A stretch of DNA of 64,000 bases from Promethearchaeota archaeon (GTDB lineage: Archaea; Asgardarchaeota; Lokiarchaeia; Sigyniarchaeales; SOKP01). The stretch lies in NCBI GenBank assembly GCA_016840165.1, contig JAEOSU010000072.1, positions 256,001-320,000 of the forward strand. Direction: 5' to 3'. Each line of letters opens with the position of its first letter. Position 1 is the stretch's first letter. Position numbers and translations under genes: made by a program. Below the pieces are notes generated by a model, which saw only the letters and a program-made list of their open reading frames with translations, made no database searches and was not told the origin of the DNA. Below are positions 58,345-64,000 of the stretch, one piece after another.

Positions 58345-59619
58345 ATGAACAATAATAATAAAGTTGAATTAATGGCTCCTTTGAAGAATCTGAAGTCTTT
58401 AAAAGCAGTAATTCCTTATGCCGATGCCGTTTATTTTGGAGTAGAGTCTTTTAATATGAGAATGTTCAGCGATAATATTCAATTACACAATTTAAGTGAG
58501 GTTACTAAGATTTGCCACAAAAATAACATAAAAGCTTATCTTACAACAAATATCATAATATATGAAAATGAGTTTGAAGTCCTTGATAATGTCCTAGAAG
58601 AAGCGAAAAGCGCGGAAATTGACGCAGTTATTATACATGATATAGGAGCAATTGAACTAACGAAGGAGAAGGGATTACCATTTCATATCTCAACCCAAGC
58701 AAATGTTTCAAATTCGCGATCTGCACGGTTTTATGAAAATCTAGGTGCTTCTCGACTGATCCTTGCTCGAGAGTTAAGTTTAAAACAAATAACAGAGATT
58801 GGAAACTCACTGAATTCTGTTGAAATTGAAACTTTTGTTCATGGTGCTCAATGCACCTCTATTTCTGGGCGCTGCTATTTCTCTGCGGAAATTTGCAAAA
58901 CTCAAGAATATTCCGCGAATCGAGGGAAATGCATTCAACCCTGCCGTCGAAGATGGAGAGTTTATGATGATCAATCTAATGAGTTCCTCTATGATGGGGT
59001 CTTCTTCATCAATGCAAAAGATCTATGTATGATAGAGTATATTCCAGAGCTAATCGAAGCAAAAATTGATGCATTTAAGATTGAAGGACGAATGAGAGAT
59101 CCTATCTATATAGAAGAGACCACTTCTTGTTATAAAGAGGCAATAGAGGCATATAATAATAATGATTTTACAAAAGAAAGGGTCCAAAACTGGCTTAAAC
59201 GATTAAGTAAAGTATACAATAGAGGTTTTTCTACGGGCTTTTATTTCGGGACTCCTCTGGGAAGCGAAATTCAGCAAGATTATGATGGTAATGTCTCTGA
59301 ATATAAAAAGGTGGAAATTGGAAAGGTTCTATCTTATTTTCCCGAGAAGAAAGCAGCTAAAATTCTATTAACTAAAGGACAGTTAAAGATTGATGATGAG
59401 ATTTTTATTATCGGTACAAATACCGACACCTATCTTAAACAGAAAATTTCTTCGCTCCAAATTAAACAAAAACAGAACTTAACCGAAACACCATTCGTGA
59501 GTTCTAAAGATAAACGATTAACTGTTGGAATCTTAGTAGATAAAACAGTAAAAAAAAATGATAAAATTTTCAGATTTCAAAAGGAACTTAATATAAATTC
59601 AAAAGAGACTAATAAGTGA
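58345..59619 (+). CDS. U32 peptidase family (TrhP/RlhA-like RNA hydroxylation protein)
   Basis: ADAVYFG, HISTQAN, LAREL, ETFVHGAQC..ISGRC, NRGKCIQPCR and KIEGR. Confidence 0.9.
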   Translation: MNNNNKVELMAPLKNLKSLKAVIPYADAVYFGVESFNMRMFSDNIQLHNLSEVTKICHKNNIKAYLTTNIIIYENEFEVLDNVLEEAKSAEIDAVIIHDIGAIELTKEKGLPFHISTQANVSNSRSARFYENLGASRLILARELSLKQITEIGNSLNSVEIETFVHGAQCTSISGRCYFSAEICKTQEYSANRGKCIQPCRRRWRVYDDQSNEFLYDGVFFINAKDLCMIEYIPELIEAKIDAFKIEGRMRDPIYIEETTSCYKEAIEAYNNNDFTKERVQNWLKRLSKVYNRGFSTGFYFGTPLGSEIQQDYDGNVSEYKKVEIGKVLSYFPEKKAAKILLTKGQLKIDDEIFIIGTNTDTYLKQKISSLQIKQKQNLTETPFVSSKDKRLTVGILVDKTVKKNDKIFRFQKELNINSKETNK

Positions 59620-59694
59620 ATTTAAATAGAAAATAAAAAAAAATTAGGAAAGATTTTGCGAAAGATTTGGAGTTAATTAAAGATATAGATTATC

Positions 59695-60129
59695 TTATAA
59701 ATCTTCTGCTAAATCTTCATATGCTTCCAAGGCTAATTCAATAATTTCTTGGAAAGCCATGGCATCTTGAAGATTTCCTTCGACTGTGATGTCACCGGCC
59801 ATATAAGCACTCGTTGCATCAACCTCGCCGAAGAGCATTCCTGCTCCGACTTCTTTCGTTGCTGAAAATGTAAAGGATGGACTATCAATTTCGCCTTCAC
59901 CAAATTCTAATGTTCCATCATGGGCTTTTAGCCAAAACTTCGCATCAGCGTCTGTGGTAATCATCTGAATGGCGATATCCATATCTTCTAATTCTTCTTT
60001 TAAATCTTCATTTTCTTCAGCAATTTGCTTGAAAAGCTCAAACATTTTTAAAGTATCCTTGACATCGGCTGCGGCAGCACCCGCGTCAATTTTGACTTTT
60101 ACTTCTTTTATTAAGCCTTCATCAACCAT
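59695..60129 (-). CDS. SCP2 sterol/lipid-binding domain protein
   Basis: GEVDATSAYMAGDITVEGNLQDAM. Confidence 0.85.
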   Translation of the reverse strand: MVDEGLIKEVKVKIDAGAAAADVKDTLKMFELFKQIAEENEDLKEELEDMDIAIQMITTDADAKFWLKAHDGTLEFGEGEIDSPSFTFSATKEVGAGMLFGEVDATSAYMAGDITVEGNLQDAMAFQEIIELALEAYEDLAEDL

Positions 60130-60413
60130 TTTGATTTTTCAACCTATTTTTTATATTTTTGTTCTTAATTAATTTCATAGATAAATAAATACTATTAATT
60201 ATAACTTTTTAATATATAAAAAGATTTTATTTCTTCCTATATATTCATATGCAATATTTGAAGCATAGCTTTTTTAATTAACTGTTTTTTACGACATTAA
60301 TAGTAATTTTATATTGGGAGAGGCATAATTTTTGTCGAGTCCGTGCTATTGGAGCATGGGAGTAAAATTAAGAAAATTAAATCATATAGTTATGAAAATT
60401 AGAGATATAGAAA

Positions 60414-60491
60414 TGGCGCCCACACCGGGATTTGAACCCGGGTCGCAGGAGTGACAGTCCCGAATGCTGGACCGGACTACACTATGTGGGC
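60414..60491 (-). tRNA. tRNA-Asp(GTC), CCA encoded
   Basis: GCCCACA acceptor stem, anticodon arm CGGGA-CT-GTC-AC-TCCTG, T arm CCGGG-TTCAAAT-CCCGG and 3' TGTGGGC-G-CCA. Confidence 0.96.
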
Positions 60492-60698
60492 TTAGGTGCC
60501 TTATGAGGGTCTAATAAATCTTGATAGTATAACAAAAGAAAGAAAGAACCCTATAAAAATTTTATTCTCAATTGAAAAGAGAATTTATGCGATTAGATAT
60601 TTTATAAATTGAAAAAAAATTTAAGTTAGTTTTTAGATTATTAAATTAAAGGTATAAGATTTAGAGAGAATTGGTTTTTTTATAAGTAAATTTTAGCG

Positions 60699-61139
60699 AT
60701 GATAGACAGAAGCTCATTAAATTCAATATTCAATGGACTTTTAGATGATAATGAGAAATTTGTTTCAGTGATTGATAGGATAATCAATGCAGGGGTAAAA
60801 CTTATCAATAAAACCGAAGAATTAAGGGAGGGATTGGTGGGATTCAATGGAATATATCAAACATACATTGAAGATGCTGATTTTAATTATTGGTTCAAAG
60901 TTTCTGATAATAAGTTAGAATATGAAAAAGGAGAGCACCCTGATGCGCCATTCAGCTGTTACTTTACTAAAGAGTTATTCATTAAAATATTAAAGAGGGA
61001 AAGGAGTGGTACTGAGGAGTTTTTAAAAGGAAGACTCAGAGTTGGCGGAGATCTTTCTCAAGGATTAAAATATGTGAAATTTCATCGTATGTTTTTTAAG
61101 TATTTACAATTGAAGAATGGAAACAATAAAAATAATTAA
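60699..61139 (+). CDS. SCP2 domain protein
   Basis: SGTEEFLKGRLRVGGDLSQGL. Confidence 0.8.
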   Translation: MIDRSSLNSIFNGLLDDNEKFVSVIDRIINAGVKLINKTEELREGLVGFNGIYQTYIEDADFNYWFKVSDNKLEYEKGEHPDAPFSCYFTKELFIKILKRERSGTEEFLKGRLRVGGDLSQGLKYVKFHRMFFKYLQLKNGNNKNN

Positions 61140-61258
61140 GGCAATTATTATCGCTATATTATATGGAATTTTAAACTATCTCTCTTTAATATGATTATAA
61201 TTTATTTTCTTTAATAGAAATCATTTAACTATGAAAGAACAGGAGTTTTCCCTTCTCG

Positions 61259-61708
61259 ATGATGATAGACTCTAATAGAATCTCAATAATGCTGCAGTCG
61301 CTAGAATCGACAGATGAGCAATTTAAAGCTAATATTGACAAAATAATTAAGATTGGATTAGAAATAGCGAATAATACTATAGAATTCAAGGATGAGATGA
61401 TTTGTTATGGAGATTTCATATGTCACGTCTATATAAAAGATTTGGACTTTAACATCTGGGTTAATAGTTATCAAGGCAAATTATCCTATAATACTAATTA
61501 TTACGAGAGTCACAGTAATGATAAAACGATTATTCATTTTATTCTAAAAAAAGACATTTTAAAGAAAATAATTAATCAGAAAATGTATCCCTCAGAAGCT
61601 TACATGAAAGGATTAGTCGAAATAGAAGGGAGTCTCGCGGATGCAATGAAAATCAAGAATTTAGTCCGCTATTTTTTCAAACTTCTACGCTATCTTGTTG
61701 ATAAATAA
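61259..61708 (+). CDS. SCP2 domain protein
   Basis: PSEAYMKGLVEIEGSLADAM. Confidence 0.8.
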   Translation: MMIDSNRISIMLQSLESTDEQFKANIDKIIKIGLEIANNTIEFKDEMICYGDFICHVYIKDLDFNIWVNSYQGKLSYNTNYYESHSNDKTIIHFILKKDILKKIINQKMYPSEAYMKGLVEIEGSLADAMKIKNLVRYFFKLLRYLVDK

Positions 61709-61788
61709 AATCCCTAAAATTTTTATTGTCATTATCCTTTATTATTAAAAGAACCTATCATATTTACTAATTAGGTACCAGTTTCCTA

Positions 61789-61923
61789 GGGCCTATAATC
61801 TAGTCTGGATTATGAGACTCGTGTTTACGGTCTGATCCGGAGAGGGTGCCCGGCTTCGGACTGGGATTTTAATTCCGATTAGGTATTAACCCAAAGTCGC
61901 AGGTTCGAATCCTGCTAGGCCCA
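61789..61923 (+). tRNA. tRNA-Arg(TCG) with two non-canonical introns
   Basis: Acceptor GGGCCTA/TAGGCCC, anticodon arm CCCGG-CT-TCG-GA-CTGGG and T arm GCAGG-TTCGAAT-CCTGC. Introns at 61811-61842 and 61868-61895 are bounded by BHB-like motifs. Confidence 0.88.
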
Positions 61924-62069
61924 TTATTTATATTTTGCTGGATGTTATTTCAATAAAGAAAAATTTAGTTCCACCTAATTAATAACTTATAAAGATTAGA
62001 CTTATATGTGAAATTGGGATAATTCTATAAATAGAAGATGTTGAGATTCTTCATATAAGGTGCTCGAAT

Positions 62070-62267
62070 ATGCATGTCCTTTTGGTCTATAAATCACGTA
62101 GTTCTTTTTTATGGTTAGTATTTAGAAAAAACGGAGTAATGATAAAAAATTATCGCCTTGATACCGGTAAAGAATCAATTTTTCTATCTTATCCCGATTT
62201 CGAAGAATATAGAGCTATTTTTTTGAAAGAAAATAAGAAAAAAAGAACTTCAAGAATTACCCCCTAA
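62070..62267 (+). CDS. Possible small hypothetical protein
   Basis: 65-aa ORF with AGGTG upstream and no recognised motif. Confidence 0.3.
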   Translation: MHVLLVYKSRSSFLWLVFRKNGVMIKNYRLDTGKESIFLSYPDFEEYRAIFLKENKKKRTSRITP

Positions 62268-62524
62268 TTAAAATTTTAATCTCAACATCTTCCTTCGCCT
62301 AATATTTTCAATAAAGCTTTTTTTGTGGTAAAAATTAATTTTTGAGTACATCTTAATATATAACAAAAGAATGACATAAAAGTGAATAAATTATTAAGAA
62401 TAAATTTTCAAGGAAATCGCGTGAAAAAGAAAACATTTAAATATATGCAAAAACATTTTAGTTATTAGCACAAATTATTTAGTTTATACACAAACACAAA
62501 CTTTTTATAATTTTTTACCACAAA

Positions 62525-63328
62525 ATGATTGTTTTAGAAAATGATCTTATTCAAGAGGAAATAAATGGTTCAAATTCAGTGAACCTCCTTGGAATAGGTT
62601 TAGTCTCAATTTCAGGTAATAGAGCTAATACAATCTATAAAAAGGGAATTGGGAACGGATTATTAAAAACTTTAGTAAAATTCTATAAAGACCAAATTAT
62701 TAAAAAACGTGAAGGAAAGATAATTGATTTGTTAGGATCGTATACAATATATATCCACTTTTTTGATATTAAGTCAGATATCTTCACGATTTTTTATGTG
62801 AATGAAAAAGATAAGCTAATCCGTTATGATAATTTATGTTTAATTTCTAATTTGCTCTTGAAAAGCTTTTGTAAGAATAGTTCAGAAGCAAAGATTAATA
62901 TTGTATGCGAACGTGTCATCCCGAAAGTTTCTGGAGTAACAGCATTATTTATCATAAGTCAAGCAGGACATGCTCTATTTACAAGGATCAATAAAGAAAA
63001 GAAATTTCTTATAGAGAATTATATTCAAATTGGGGGATTTCTTTCTGCAATCACAGCATTTTCGCAAGAGGTCATCGGAAAAGAATCAGGAGAAAATTTA
63101 GAAGCAATCAACTTTCAGAATCAACAATTTATCCTTAAAGTCAAAGAACAATTAATTTTTGCTTATCTATTGGAAAATAATATGAATCTGGATCACGTTA
63201 ATAGATTTATGGAATTAGTAGCAGAAGAATTTTTTGATTTATATCACAATCAGATAAATAATTTTAATGGCGATATTGAACCTTTTACTTCTTTTAAAAG
63301 TATAGTAGACAAATATTTTATAATTTAA
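62525..63328 (+). CDS. Longin-like domain protein (possibly tandem)
   Basis: C-terminal half ALFIISQAGHALF...GGFLSAITAFSQEV...LEAINFQ...LIFAYL...VAEEFFDLY, typical of Asgard longin-like domains. Confidence 0.7.
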   Translation: MIVLENDLIQEEINGSNSVNLLGIGLVSISGNRANTIYKKGIGNGLLKTLVKFYKDQIIKKREGKIIDLLGSYTIYIHFFDIKSDIFTIFYVNEKDKLIRYDNLCLISNLLLKSFCKNSSEAKINIVCERVIPKVSGVTALFIISQAGHALFTRINKEKKFLIENYIQIGGFLSAITAFSQEVIGKESGENLEAINFQNQQFILKVKEQLIFAYLLENNMNLDHVNRFMELVAEEFFDLYHNQINNFNGDIEPFTSFKSIVDKYFII

Positions 63329-63421
63329 ATCTTCAATTCTTATACTAGACCTAAAGAATATATACGAGATACGAGAAGAGACATTATATAATTACAAAAT
63401 TATTTATAAATAAATTTCATA

Positions 63422-63796
63422 ATGTATTTGGGAATGACTGTTTTATTAGATTTAGATTTAATTATGAATAATTTAATTGAATCCTTAGGTACATCAGTTT
63501 ATTTCATTTTGATTACAAGTCAAAATGGGGCGGTGATTAAATCATATATTAATGAGGAAGAGTTTAACAAAGCTTCAATTTCATTGAACATTTCTCAACT
63601 TTATGAATTAGCAGAAGAGACAGCGGAGGCCATAGGTCTTCATAGTCCAGATTTTAATATTATTCATTCTGAAAATTATTATATTTTATCCATTAAAATT
63701 TTGGATAATATCGTCATTTTATTAACAGTGGACCAGATTGAAGTGAAAGATGTATTCCAAACTATAAATAAGTCTGTAAATATGAATGAAATATGA
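63422..63796 (+). CDS. Roadblock/LC7-like protein
   Basis: Helix, ILITSQNGAVIKS, long helix, three strands and a terminal helix. Confidence 0.65.
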   Translation: MYLGMTVLLDLDLIMNNLIESLGTSVYFILITSQNGAVIKSYINEEEFNKASISLNISQLYELAEETAEAIGLHSPDFNIIHSENYYILSIKILDNIVILLTVDQIEVKDVFQTINKSVNMNEI

Positions 63797-64000
63797 AAAA
63801 ATAGGCTAATTTTTTCTCAAATGATTTATTAACATGCTTTTTTTAATGTTATACATTTTCAAATAAAATATTGGACTCACTAAATCCTTTATTTATTCAT
63901 TACATTTAATAACATAATACTAAAAAAATAATAAAATACAAAGAAATACAGAGCTGATTATAAATGCATTATGAAAGGAATCAATATTCAGAAGGATTCT

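Noticed and set aside
61849-61900. Alternative reading as tRNA-Lys(TTT) with a canonical intron, or tRNA-Val
   Set aside because: It needs a purine at position 32 and a mismatched stem, whereas the Arg(TCG) parse gives regular arms and two consistent BHB cuts
60414-61923. Integrated element between the two tRNAs
   Set aside because: No integrase and no duplicated tRNA 3' end seen; the cargo is only SCP2 genes
1-64000. CRISPR array, rRNA, transposase or prophage
   Set aside because: No regularly spaced repeats, long GC-rich RNA-like tracts or mobile-element proteins were seen on reading

Overview
AT-rich archaeal window, most likely from an Asgard archaeon (Lokiarchaeia-like). The evidence is a near-eukaryotic actin, a Loki-type profilin domain, longin and roadblock domains, a small GTPase, several SCP2 proteins, GGTGA/GGAGG ribosome sites and a tRNA with BHB introns. 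All assignments come from motif recognition by eye; no database search was run. Top candidates for undescribed biology: (1) an actin gene followed 46 nt later by a profilin/TrmB-HTH fusion, with three TGTSACA heptamers at exact 11-bp spacing beside a TATA box upstream, suggesting an actin-sensing transcription circuit; (2) an arsR/acr3 locus carrying a SAM-methyltransferase fused to an HgcA-like corrinoid membrane protein, an HgcB-like ferredoxin, a CxC protein and a beta-grasp-like protein ending Gly-Cys-TGA-TGA with a SECIS-like hairpin downstream; (3) a four-gene operon with a catalytically dead AAA+ protein, an SMC5/6-like ATPase, a kleisin and a kite. Also present are a tRNA-Arg(TCG) with two non-canonical introns, tRNA-Asp, several genes that seem to start at ATT/ATA, a PadR/UvrA2 resistance-like cluster, a CobN/ChlD chelatase pair, a Liv-type ABC transporter with an acyl-CoA ligase, and housekeeping genes. 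No CRISPR array, rRNA or transposase was seen.
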